A stretch of DNA of 64,000 nt, from NCBI GenBank assembly GCA_047946875.1, contig CP181398.1, forward strand, positions 1,169,329-1,233,328. Reading direction: 5' to 3'. Positions 16,160-24,289 of this stretch are shown one piece after another. Source of the DNA: Candidatus Kerfeldbacteria bacterium. GTDB lineage: Bacteria; Patescibacteriota; Patescibacteriia; UBA10025; JAHIVO01. How positions within the stretch are numbered: position 1 is the stretch's first letter; each line of letters starts with the position of its first letter. Made by a program: the position numbers and the translations under genes. The notes beneath the pieces are model-generated. The model ran no database searches. It was not told the origin of the DNA and saw nothing but the letters and a program-made list of their open reading frames with translations.

Positions 16160-17077
16160 TTACATTTCGTAAATTATAAAACTAAATGAAGTTTGGCCAG
16201 CTGACCCGGTAGATTCGTCTACAAAATCAACAGTAAAATGATCATTTACGCTATTTGTAGCCGGAATAAATCCAGAATTTATCGGTGTAACAACCGCTAC
16301 ATGAGTAAGATAAGAATAAGTTACCCCAGTAATAGTAATTTCATATTGATTACTACCACCGTCCCAGGAACAAGCTATGTTACTGGTACCACCTCTATCA
16401 GAGCCATCTGAATTACAATAACCATAGGCAATAGGCAGATTGGCACCGCCCGTACCATTGATCTTGTCAGGTGTTATAGCGTCATCAGCTACATCTGCTG
16501 TAGCAATAGTTCCGTCTGTAATTTTTGAACTAATTATTGAGTTACTGGCTAAATCTCCAGATACAATAGTTCCGTCTGTAATTTTAGCTGAGGTAATAGC
16601 ATCATCATCAATTTTTGCAGTTGTAATTACGCTATCAGCTATGTCTGCTGTAGCTATAGTAGCGTCAGTAATATTGTCAGATGTTACTATCCCGGTACCA
16701 AGTAAACTTGCTACTGTTAATGATCCAGTAACTTCCATATTGTCGTTGACGATAAAAGGTTGAGTGTCTCCTGTTCCGGCAGTTGCTCCGCGAAAAACAC
16801 GTCCGTCAATACGAACATTATCACCAAAAGTTACGGGATTGTCTACACCGGAGTTTGTAGTGGCATTGATTATAGATCCATTGAAGTAAGTTACTCCACC
16901 AACACCTTGTTCACCGATCATAACTGATCTCATGTTCATTGTTCCATCTACTTGAAATATGTCTCCTTCTGGTCCAAATTGTGAAGTGACATTGTGACTA
17001 GTTGCTGCGTTGACTATCCCAGCTGTCAAAGCAATAGAAGCAACTACCACTACGAGGGTTAAAAGCTTTTTTTTCAT
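16160..17077 (-). CDS. secreted fibre-like protein, paralogue C
   Basis: ORF track, 305 aa. Longer I-x-D-x-x-I-T repeat stalk. Unique Cys-containing C-terminal domain. Confidence 0.8.
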   Translation of the reverse strand: MKKKLLTLVVVVASIALTAGIVNAATSHNVTSQFGPEGDIFQVDGTMNMRSVMIGEQGVGGVTYFNGSIINATTNSGVDNPVTFGDNVRIDGRVFRGATAGTGDTQPFIVNDNMEVTGSLTVASLLGTGIVTSDNITDATIATADIADSVITTAKIDDDAITSAKITDGTIVSGDLASNSIISSKITDGTIATADVADDAITPDKINGTGGANLPIAYGYCNSDGSDRGGTSNIACSWDGGSNQYEITITGVTYSYLTHVAVVTPINSGFIPATNSVNDHFTVDFVDESTGSAGQTSFSFIIYEM

Positions 17078-17108
17078 AAATTTTATTCTTTCATTATTAA
17101 TATATTAT

Positions 17109-18332
17109 TTAAATAGTTGAGAATGAATTAACTACGGCTTCAAAATCTATAGAATCAGAACTACCTTCATCATATGGCCAATGAGAAAAATCAAAGTAAG
17201 TATTGCCGTTGAAATAATAATAGTTTAGAGTAGTGCCATCAGCTCCTGCCGCACTCATAGTAAAACGTGTCATATTCAATCCATTTCTAACAACATTTTG
17301 TTGAATAATCGGAACGTCATAGACATCTACGTCTTCTATCATAGCATTGAGAAATTCTTCAGCCGTGGTAGCGCCGGCATCTTCAGTAATATCACCACAG
17401 CGGATAAAAAATTGATGACCTAAGGCATATACTTCAGTTGCACCTATACTAGGAAGTGTGGCTGTTTTTAAGAAAAATATACTGGAAGTCATATCATGAG
17501 CGTACCATCCAGTAGGAAGATTTATATTATAACCACAGTCAGTATTCTCATATATTGAGCTCACTTCAACTTCATCAATTACTATCCATTCAAAAGTCGA
17601 AAGGATTGTTTTAGACGTATCAAATTCGGAAACTCCATCAAGTCCGGCCACATCATCTGGATCATCAAAAGCCGCATATATATCATGTCCATTAATTATG
17701 TTTGGAGATAAGCCAGTACTTAGATAAAAGATGTCTTGAATAATTCCATCATAAGTTATGTAGGTAATAGGTATTGATGTATCTCCTAGCATAGTACTGC
17801 CTTCATCAGTTATGTCCCCGGCTCCAATTCCACTGCGCCAAAAAGCGCCAACTTCTTCTCCTGTTATTCGGACGCCAAAATAAGTTATATATTCCCCGCC
17901 AGGTGAGATAAATTTAATATAACGATTTTGCCATCCACCAACCGAGTCTTCAGCTGAGATGTCGACTTCTTCAATCGTCCAGTCTGGTGGGTACATCATC
18001 TGATAGTTATACCAATCATTAGTATAAGTTAACCATCCAGAAGTATTATCGACGGCTGAATTTACGTTTGTTGTTGCATTTATATTAGTTGCCGGTTCGA
18101 GATTAGTATTAATAATATCAGTAGCCTCATTAGTTCCTACCGTTGTATTAATATTTAAAGCAGTGTTCGTGTTAATATTGCTAAATGTAACATTTGCCAG
18201 TGGAGCGGTATTGGTATTTATTGATTCATCATTATTGGCATAAAAATACCAAGCAACTCCCACTAATAAAATAGCAATAGCCAATATAGTAATGATTATT
18301 GTTGTATTAATAATCCCCCTTTGATTATTCAT
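17109..18332 (-). CDS. N-terminally anchored surface protein with N/T-rich linker (407 aa)
   Basis: ORF track. N-terminus MNNQRG + TM helix. Confidence 0.75.
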   Translation of the reverse strand: MNNQRGIINTTIIITILAIAILLVGVAWYFYANNDESINTNTAPLANVTFSNINTNTALNINTTVGTNEATDIINTNLEPATNINATTNVNSAVDNTSGWLTYTNDWYNYQMMYPPDWTIEEVDISAEDSVGGWQNRYIKFISPGGEYITYFGVRITGEEVGAFWRSGIGAGDITDEGSTMLGDTSIPITYITYDGIIQDIFYLSTGLSPNIINGHDIYAAFDDPDDVAGLDGVSEFDTSKTILSTFEWIVIDEVEVSSIYENTDCGYNINLPTGWYAHDMTSSIFFLKTATLPSIGATEVYALGHQFFIRCGDITEDAGATTAEEFLNAMIEDVDVYDVPIIQQNVVRNGLNMTRFTMSAAGADGTTLNYYYFNGNTYFDFSHWPYDEGSSDSIDFEAVVNSFSTI

Positions 18333-18431
18333 ATTTTTTTATATAAATAGTTATTTATATTATGTTTTTATTATACTATTTTATGGAAATAAAAACACCC
18401 CATTTCATTAGTGTTAAGGAAATTGGTTGTT

Positions 18432-18575
18432 TGGTGGGACGTAGAGGATTTGAACCTCTGACCGTTTGCTTCCCGCCTTTCGGACGGGACAAGTAAGAGG
18501 CAACTTTATCCCGCTAAGAATTGGCGGGATGCTCTACTTTACCCCGCCTATTAAAGGCGGGGCGAGCTGAGCTAA
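18432..18575 (-). pseudogene. decayed partial tRNA-Lys copy (nt ~8 to CCA) split by three GC hairpins
   Basis: ggtgggacgtagaggatttgaacctctgaccgtttgctt[cccgcctttcggacgggac]aagtaagaggcaact[ttatcccgctaagaattggcgggat]gctctac[tttaccccgcctattaaaggcggggc]gagctgagctaa, compared with the intact gene at 18843-18919. The 5' acceptor strand is missing. Confidence 0.8.
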
Positions 18576-18803
18576 TTTATTTTTATATTGATGATTTTTC
18601 TTTTTTAGCCACAATTCGTGCCTCCTTGCCTCTTTATAAGAATGGTGTTTTTTAAAATATACAAGTTTAAATAGTTTATATTTTGAACTGCTGTTGAGTT
18701 TTCCTTGGTTGTGTTCGTGAATACGTTTCCAAGGTTGTATAGAAATACCACAATAATATTTATTAAACTTATTACTATATATTAAGTACGTATAAACATT
18801 CAT
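18534..18803 (-). CDS. GIY-YIG nuclease superfamily protein (89 aa)
   Basis: YTYLIYSNKFNKYYCGIS...RIHEHNQG fits the GIY...YIG...R..H/E pattern of small URI-domain proteins. The C-terminal LAQLAPPLIGGVK is encoded by the dead tRNA-Lys copy plus a GC hairpin. Confidence 0.7.
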   Translation of the reverse strand: MNVYTYLIYSNKFNKYYCGISIQPWKRIHEHNQGKLNSSSKYKLFKLVYFKKHHSYKEARRHELWLKKKNHQYKNKLAQLAPPLIGGVK

Positions 18804-18842
18804 AAAATTTCCCTTTTATTATTTATTAGAAGGGAAGGTTTT

Positions 18843-18919
18843 TGGTGGGACGTAGAGGATTTGAACCTCTGACCGTTTGCTTAAGAGGCAACTGCTCTAC
18901 CAAGCTGAGCTAACGTCCC
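18843..18919 (-). tRNA. tRNA-Lys (CTT), CCA encoded
   Basis: rc: GGGACGT TA GCTC AGCTTGGTA GAGC A GTTGC CTCTTAA GCAAA CGGTC AGAGG TTCAAAT CCTCT ACGTCCC A CCA. Confidence 0.9.
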
Positions 18920-19041
18920 GCGTCGATATAATATTTTTGGTTACGTTTTCAGCTTTCGCTGCTAATTCCACCGCTCATATCATTTCTCCTTTCCTCGCAG
19001 AACGGTATCGTTCAGCTCGGTATTATTTATTATAGGAATGG
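18920..19041 (-). ncRNA. tRNA-proximal structured spacer element, copy L2 (before tRNA-Lys)
   Basis: rc: ...GAACGATACCGTTC..GAGGAAAGGAGAAATGATATGAGCGGTGGAATTAGCAGCGAAAGCTGAAAACGTAACCAAAAATATTATATCGACG then the tRNA. Confidence 0.55.
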
Positions 19042-19202
19042 TACCCTCGAGAGCCCCGCTTTGAGCGGGATCTTCGAGAATCTCCGCCCAAGGCGGATGC
19101 GCCTATGGCGCAGAACCTTAAGTTTAAAAGATTGTTTATCCACGGCTCCCGCCCGCAACGCTAAAGCGTAGCTTTGGCGGGCGTGGTAGAAGGCCGTTGT
19201 TC
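19042..19202 (-). pseudogene. old tRNA-Arg 3' portion (nt 22 to 3' end) broken by about four insertions
   Basis: Matching blocks taccctcgaga / ttcgaga / aacct / atccacgg / tagaaggccgttgttc are separated by GC hairpins (19053-19072, 19080-19113, 19146-19186) and an AT-rich 19-mer (19119-19137). Track ORF 19030-19251 is spurious. Confidence 0.75.
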
Positions 19203-19311
19203 CCCGTCTGCCATCGCCAATACCCTCGAGAGGAATCGAACCTCTATCCACGGCTTAGAAGGCCGTTGTTCTATCCGTTGAACTACAAGGGCAATGGCAA
19301 TGGCGGGCAGG
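19203..19311 (-). mobile_element. 109-bp imperfect-IR-flanked unit carrying a complete tRNA-Arg, nested in the older tRNA-Arg
   Basis: cccgtctgccatcgccaa / tRNA / aatggcaatggcgggcagg. The flanks are imperfect inverted repeats (13 of 18 by my alignment). Confidence 0.45.
19221..19292 (-). tRNA. tRNA-Arg (TCT), no encoded CCA
   Basis: rc: GCCCTTG TA GTTC AACGGATA GAAC A ACGGC CTTCTAA GCCGT GGAT AGAGG TTCGATT CCTCT CGAGGGT A. Two G-U pairs in the acceptor stem. Confidence 0.85.
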
Positions 19312-19362
19312 TATCCGTTGTCAGGCAGAGCCTGATCCGGCTTTGCCGGAAACTACAAGGGC
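19312..19362 (-). pseudogene. old tRNA-Arg 5' portion (nt 1-21) with a 30-nt GC hairpin insertion
   Basis: tatccgttg[tcaggcagagcctgatccggctttgccgga]aactacaagggc. Directly abuts spacer element L3, as intact tRNAs do elsewhere. Confidence 0.75.
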
Positions 19363-19478
19363 GCGTCTAAATAATATTTTTGGTTACGTTTTCAGCTTTC
19401 GCTGCTAACTCCACCATTCATATCATTTCTCCTTTCCCCGCAGAACGGTATCGTTCAGCTCAATGTTATTAAATAATA
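19363..19478 (-). ncRNA. tRNA-proximal structured spacer element, copy L3
   Basis: Near-identical to L2: ...GGGGAAAGGAGAAATGATATGAATGGTGGAGTTAGCAGCGAAAGCTGAAAACGTAACCAAAAATATTATTTAGACGC. Confidence 0.55.
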
Positions 19479-19515
19479 TTTCGAATATTAGCAATAAAAA
19501 CTATTTAAGTCAATG

Positions 19516-20397
19516 CTAATTGCTGGTATATAGTTTGGTTGTGGTAATAAAGTTATGACCAAGTATTGATTGGATAGATTTGATGTCATAGCCCTGTTTT
19601 TTTAAATGAACTGCATATGCTTGGCGGAGTTTTTCGGGAGTAATATTATTACCTAGATTTGTTTTTTTTGAATATTTTTTTATGATTCTTTGGATGGTAC
19701 GTGGAGTTAGTTGATAAGTTTCTTTTTTAACAGTACTTAGTTGTCTTTTCTTAGCTTTATCATGCCTAATAAATAATGCATTAAATTTATCATTTCTTAT
19801 TTTTAGATATTCATGGACTGCATAACTAGCTTGATTTGATAAATTTAGAGAACGAGATTTTTTCTTACGTAAAATATTGATTGAGTTTGTACTGAAGTTT
19901 ATGTTTTCTTTTTTTAATGAAGCAAGCTCTGATACTTTGAGACCAGAGCATAACAGGAGTTCTAAGATTGCTTTGTCTCTTTTTTGGATAATCCCAGGAT
20001 TTTTTTCATGCAAGGGAGAAGATAATAGTAGATCGATATCTGATTCTTCGAGTGGTTTATAATGTTTTTTTATTTGCTTTTTAAGAACAATTTCCTTGAA
20101 TGGCAATGAATGAATATTTTTCTTCTTTAAATATTCCAAAAAGGATCTTAGGGCTATTAAATGATAGTTTTGTGTATTTATTTTTAATAACTCTTTTTTT
20201 TGATTACGTATAGTGCTTAAGTAGTTTTTGAATAAATCAATTTTTTCTTTGGTAATATCTGAAGCTTGCCTAATGTTGGATTGATTAAAAAAACGGTGAA
20301 GGTAGAAACTATAGTTATTTACAGTTTGTTTCGTAGTTTTTTTCTTTTGCTGAAGATATTCTAAGAAATTATTTAAATTTTTATTAATGTCATTCAT
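19516..20397 (-). CDS. tyrosine recombinase (XerC/D / phage-integrase family), divergent active-site residues
   Basis: SAM-like N-domain. Box I CSGLKVSEL (Lys where Arg is usual). Box II EKLRQAYAVHL...LGH...TKLYTS (Arg, His and Tyr recognisable; other His positions substituted). Confidence 0.8.
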   Translation of the reverse strand: MNDINKNLNNFLEYLQQKKKTTKQTVNNYSFYLHRFFNQSNIRQASDITKEKIDLFKNYLSTIRNQKKELLKINTQNYHLIALRSFLEYLKKKNIHSLPFKEIVLKKQIKKHYKPLEESDIDLLLSSPLHEKNPGIIQKRDKAILELLLCSGLKVSELASLKKENINFSTNSINILRKKKSRSLNLSNQASYAVHEYLKIRNDKFNALFIRHDKAKKRQLSTVKKETYQLTPRTIQRIIKKYSKKTNLGNNITPEKLRQAYAVHLKKQGYDIKSIQSILGHNFITTTKLYTSN

Positions 20398-20516
20398 AGA
20401 TTTATTTTACGACACTTATAAAATTTGGTCAAAGGTTGGTTGACTGATAATATTTTTATTGATAAGGTATTTTAATAAGAAAAATAGAACCTTTATATAT
20501 AATAAGGAGCGTAGAA

Positions 20517-20879
20517 ATGGTAGATCAAAAGTGTTCAAAGATTAAAAAAGGATTTTTGATTTTCCTTTTTGGCGTAGTAATGGTTATTGTAACAAATATT
20601 TTCCGGGCTGTGTCTGGTGATGTCCCGAGCTTCATAGTCGGTAACGAAGGGCTCACTTGGGCAATTCTATTATTTGCCTTTGGGGCTGGTTTCATTGGCT
20701 GGTTTACTTCTAACCCAGATCGTAAAATTTTTGGCTGGTTTGTATTTACCATGGGCTTCTTTGGTGATTTATTCGTTTTTTTTGGATATGATAAAAGTGG
20801 TTCTGTATTAATTACTTTTTTCATACTGATTTTAGTGAGTAGCTTAAGTATCAGGCTTGTTGAAACAAAAGCACCTTAG
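20517..20879 (+). CDS. small integral membrane protein (120 aa)
   Basis: ORF track. Four hydrophobic segments. Terminator AGCCAT...ATGGCT+T5 at ~20930-20965. Confidence 0.6.
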   Translation: MVDQKCSKIKKGFLIFLFGVVMVIVTNIFRAVSGDVPSFIVGNEGLTWAILLFAFGAGFIGWFTSNPDRKIFGWFVFTMGFFGDLFVFFGYDKSGSVLITFFILILVSSLSIRLVETKAP

Positions 20880-21003
20880 ATAACAGTAATGAAGAACTTA
20901 TTGAGAGAATTAATCATTTTCTTAATGATTGATCAAATTTCAGCCATTGTGTTTTTACGCGATGGCTTTTTTATTATATTGAAATGCATTTTTTGGCTAA
21001 TCC

Positions 21004-21118
21004 TTGACAAATTATTAATAATACCTATAATAAGTATACTAATTAAATAGCTTACGAATTCTTGGTATTTGGAGTAGTTGACCATTAACTCAGAATTCGC
21101 GAATAAAGGAATAAAACT
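21004..21118 (+). promoter_or_regulatory. rpsO promoter and structured leader (candidate S15 autoregulatory site)
   Basis: TTGACA 21004-21009, 16-nt spacer, TATAAT 21026-21031. Leader stem CGAATTCT 21055-21062 / AGAATTCG 21092-21099 just before the RBS. Confidence 0.55.
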
Positions 21119-21385
21119 ATGTTAACAAAAGGACAAAAAGACAAACTAATCGAGAAATATAAGACACATGATACTGATACTGGCTCTTCAGAAGTCCAGA
21201 TCGCTATTTTGACAAGCGAAATAAAGATGCTTACAAAACATCTTCAGGATCATAAGAAAGATTTTTCATCACGACGTGGTCTTCTTAAGAAGGTTGGTTT
21301 AAGACGTCGTTTATTAAAATATTTAAATAAAGATAATGAAAAGAGTTATCTAGATTTAATTCAGAAACTAAAATTGAAGAAATAA
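21119..21385 (+). CDS. rpsO: 30S ribosomal protein S15
   Basis: ORF track. Canonical S15 sequence pattern. Confidence 0.95.
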   Translation: MLTKGQKDKLIEKYKTHDTDTGSSEVQIAILTSEIKMLTKHLQDHKKDFSSRRGLLKKVGLRRRLLKYLNKDNEKSYLDLIQKLKLKK

Positions 21386-21931
21386 ATGATAAATCGTAAC
21401 GATCAGAGAATTGGAGTATTTGTAGATGTTCAGAATCTATATTATTCTGCAAAGAATCTATATGGTCAAAAAGTAAATTTTGGAGAAGTTTTAAAAACCG
21501 TAGTTGGTAATAGAAAGCTAATACGAGCTTTTGCATATGTAGTAAAGGCTCAGAATGTTGATGAGCAGAAATTTTTTGAGGCTTTGGGTAGTCAGGGATT
21601 TGAAGTTAAGATGAAAGAGTTACAAATATTTTTTGGTGGTCATAAAAAAGGTGACTGGGATATTGGGATGGCGATGGACGCTATTCGCCTATCCCCTAAA
21701 CTTGATGCTGTGATTCTGGTAACGGGTGATGGAGATTTTATTCCCTTGGTAGAGTATCTTAGAAATCACGGTCAATATGTAGAAGCTGTGTCATTTGGCG
21801 AATCAACTTCAACACTATTAAAAGCAGAAGTGGATGAGTTTACTGATCTGAGTGCCAAGCGCAATAAATATTTAATGAAAAGTTCAATAAGAAGAAAGAA
21901 AATAATTAATAAGTCGAATCGGCCTGCTTAG
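21386..21931 (+). CDS. NYN-domain (LabA-like, PIN-related) putative ribonuclease
   Basis: RIGVFVDVQNLYYS...DWDIGMAMDA...VTGDGDFIPLV. Start codon abuts the rpsO stop. Confidence 0.85.
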   Translation: MINRNDQRIGVFVDVQNLYYSAKNLYGQKVNFGEVLKTVVGNRKLIRAFAYVVKAQNVDEQKFFEALGSQGFEVKMKELQIFFGGHKKGDWDIGMAMDAIRLSPKLDAVILVTGDGDFIPLVEYLRNHGQYVEAVSFGESTSTLLKAEVDEFTDLSAKRNKYLMKSSIRRKKIINKSNRPA

Positions 21932-22055
21932 ATATTTTTATAATGCTGGGGATTCGTAGACTTCTTGTTTAATAATAAATATTATTAAGAAACAAAAAGT
22001 TTATGAACTGGCAATGAGATATCCAACAAAGGAAGATTCGTTGAAAGGAAAAAAT

Positions 22056-24263
22056 ATGGAAAAAATCCAAAAGTTTACCACTGAAATAGATGGTAAAGAA
22101 TTAATTATCGAGACAGGAAGATATGCCGCTCAAGCTAGTGGTGCCTGCACAGTCCAATATGGCGGGACTGTTGTTTTAGCTACAACTGTAAAAAGTAATA
22201 CTATCAGAGATGGAATAGACTATTTCCCATTAATGGTTGACTACGAAGAGAAATTATATGCAGCTGGAAAAATAAAAGGATCTAGATTTATTAAACGTGA
22301 AGGCCGAGCTTCTGACGAAGCTGTTTTGGCTGGTCGTATGATTGATAGATCATTAAGACCATTGTTTGACCAAACAATTCGTAATGACGTTCAAGTTATT
22401 GCAACCGTTTTGTCTGTAGATATGGAGAATGGCGCAGACGTCGTTGCTTTATTAGCATCGTCAGTTGCATTGTTAATCTCTGATATTCCTTGGGCAGGAC
22501 CTATTGCTGGCGCTCGTGTTGGTAAGGTTGACGGTAAATTAATCTATAACCCTACCTACGAACAGAGAGAAGAAAGTAATCTAGATTTAGTAGTTGTAAA
22601 TTGTGGAGATAAAGTTACTATGCTTGAAGCTGGAGGTAAGCAAGTACCAGAAGAAGAAGTTTTGGAAGCTATTGAATTTTCACAAGATAAAATTTTAAAA
22701 ACTTTAGAATTTATCAATAAGATAAAAAGTAAAGTAGGAAAAGAAAAAGTACAAATCCAACCAGAGGAATTAACTGAAGAGGAAAAAGAAGGAATGGATA
22801 AAGTTGAAAGTAAAGTTAAGGATTTTGTTGGAGATAAAATAAACAAACTTTTTGAAATAAAAGGAAAAGCAGAACAGAAAGAAGCTATCTCACAACTACG
22901 TACTGATTTAGATAAAATGTTGAAAGATGATAATGAAGTAAGCAAAGAAGCTAGAGCAAAAGGAACATCTTTAGTTGAAGGAATGTTTCAAGATGCCGCT
23001 AGAAAATTAGTATTAGAGGATGATAAACGTGTTGATGGTCGTTCTCCAGATGAGATTAGAGAGATATCATGTGAGGTAGGTTTATTACCACGAACACACG
23101 GAAGTGGCTTATTTAATAGGGGTGAAACACAAGTATTGTCAGTAGTAACACTTGGTTCTCCTGGCGATGAACAGATAATGGATACTATGGAAGAGAGTGG
23201 AAAAAAACATTATTTACACCATTATAATTTTCCTGGTTTTTCAGTTGGTGAAGCAAAACCTTTGCGAGGTCCTGGCCGTCGTGATATTGGTCATGGTGCT
23301 TTAGCTGAAAAAGCATTGGAGCCAGTTTTACCTTCTAGAGAAGATTTTCCATATACTATTAGAGTAGTATCAGAAGTTATGTCTTCCAATGGTTCTAGTT
23401 CACAAGCTTCAATCTGTGGATCTTCCCTATCATTGATGAACGCTGGTGTACCTATAACTGCTCCAGTCGCTGGTATTGCTATCGGTTTAATTACTGATTA
23501 TGATAATCCAAAAAATTATAAAATATTATCTGATATTCAAGGGGTAGAAGATCATGATGGTGATATGGATTTCAAAGTAGCCGGCACTACTACAGGTATT
23601 ACAGCTATTCAAATGGATGTAAAGTTGGACGGTGTAAGTATAGATATTTTGAAAGATGCTTTTGTATCTGCTAAGAATGCTAGATTAAAAATTCTAGATG
23701 TTATGAAGGCTAAGATTGCAGAACCTAGTAAAGAGATGTCCCCTTACGCTCCTCGCATTACTTCTATCAAGATTGATCCAGAAAAAATCAGAGATGTTAT
23801 TGGTAAAGGTGGTGAAATGATCAATAAAATTATTGATGAGTGCGGTGGTCAAGATGTAACCAAGATTGATATCGATGACGATGGTCTGGTTATGATTACT
23901 TCTACCGACAATGTGCTAGGTAAAAAAGCTATTGAGTGGGTTGAAAATTTAACTCATCAAATTACTGTGGGAGAAGTTTATGAAGGTACGGTTTTAAAAA
24001 TTGTTGCAGATAGAAATAGCGGAACAGAGATTGGTGCTATTGTAGAATTATTACCCGGCCAAGATGGTATGGTTCATATTTCTCAATTTACTGCTGAGCG
24101 TATTGCTAAAGTATCTGATATAGTTAAAGAAGGTCAGAAACTGAAAGTAAAAGTAATGGGCGTAGATAAAGAAAGAGGAAGAATAGAATTATCTCATAAA
24201 ATTTTTAACGAGCCGACTGGTGCAACTAAGGGTAAAGATGATCGTCCACGACGTACCCGCTAA
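22056..24263 (+). CDS. pnp: polyribonucleotide nucleotidyltransferase (PNPase)
   Basis: ORF track 22014-24263. MEKIQKF start at 22056 preferred. Two RNase PH domains, KH and S1 domains. Confidence 0.95.
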   Translation: MEKIQKFTTEIDGKELIIETGRYAAQASGACTVQYGGTVVLATTVKSNTIRDGIDYFPLMVDYEEKLYAAGKIKGSRFIKREGRASDEAVLAGRMIDRSLRPLFDQTIRNDVQVIATVLSVDMENGADVVALLASSVALLISDIPWAGPIAGARVGKVDGKLIYNPTYEQREESNLDLVVVNCGDKVTMLEAGGKQVPEEEVLEAIEFSQDKILKTLEFINKIKSKVGKEKVQIQPEELTEEEKEGMDKVESKVKDFVGDKINKLFEIKGKAEQKEAISQLRTDLDKMLKDDNEVSKEARAKGTSLVEGMFQDAARKLVLEDDKRVDGRSPDEIREISCEVGLLPRTHGSGLFNRGETQVLSVVTLGSPGDEQIMDTMEESGKKHYLHHYNFPGFSVGEAKPLRGPGRRDIGHGALAEKALEPVLPSREDFPYTIRVVSEVMSSNGSSSQASICGSSLSLMNAGVPITAPVAGIAIGLITDYDNPKNYKILSDIQGVEDHDGDMDFKVAGTTTGITAIQMDVKLDGVSIDILKDAFVSAKNARLKILDVMKAKIAEPSKEMSPYAPRITSIKIDPEKIRDVIGKGGEMINKIIDECGGQDVTKIDIDDDGLVMITSTDNVLGKKAIEWVENLTHQITVGEVYEGTVLKIVADRNSGTEIGAIVELLPGQDGMVHISQFTAERIAKVSDIVKEGQKLKVKVMGVDKERGRIELSHKIFNEPTGATKGKDDRPRRTR

Positions 24264-24289
24264 TAAATAATTAATTTTATTTTGTCAGT

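Noticed and set aside
18975-19000. SD-like AAGGAG followed by ATG mini-ORFs inside the tRNA spacer elements (e.g. MSGGISSES in L2, MNGGVSSES in L3)
   Set aside because: The peptide is not conserved in L4-L6 (frames differ or run into the tRNA). The purine tract is better explained as part of the RNA structure.
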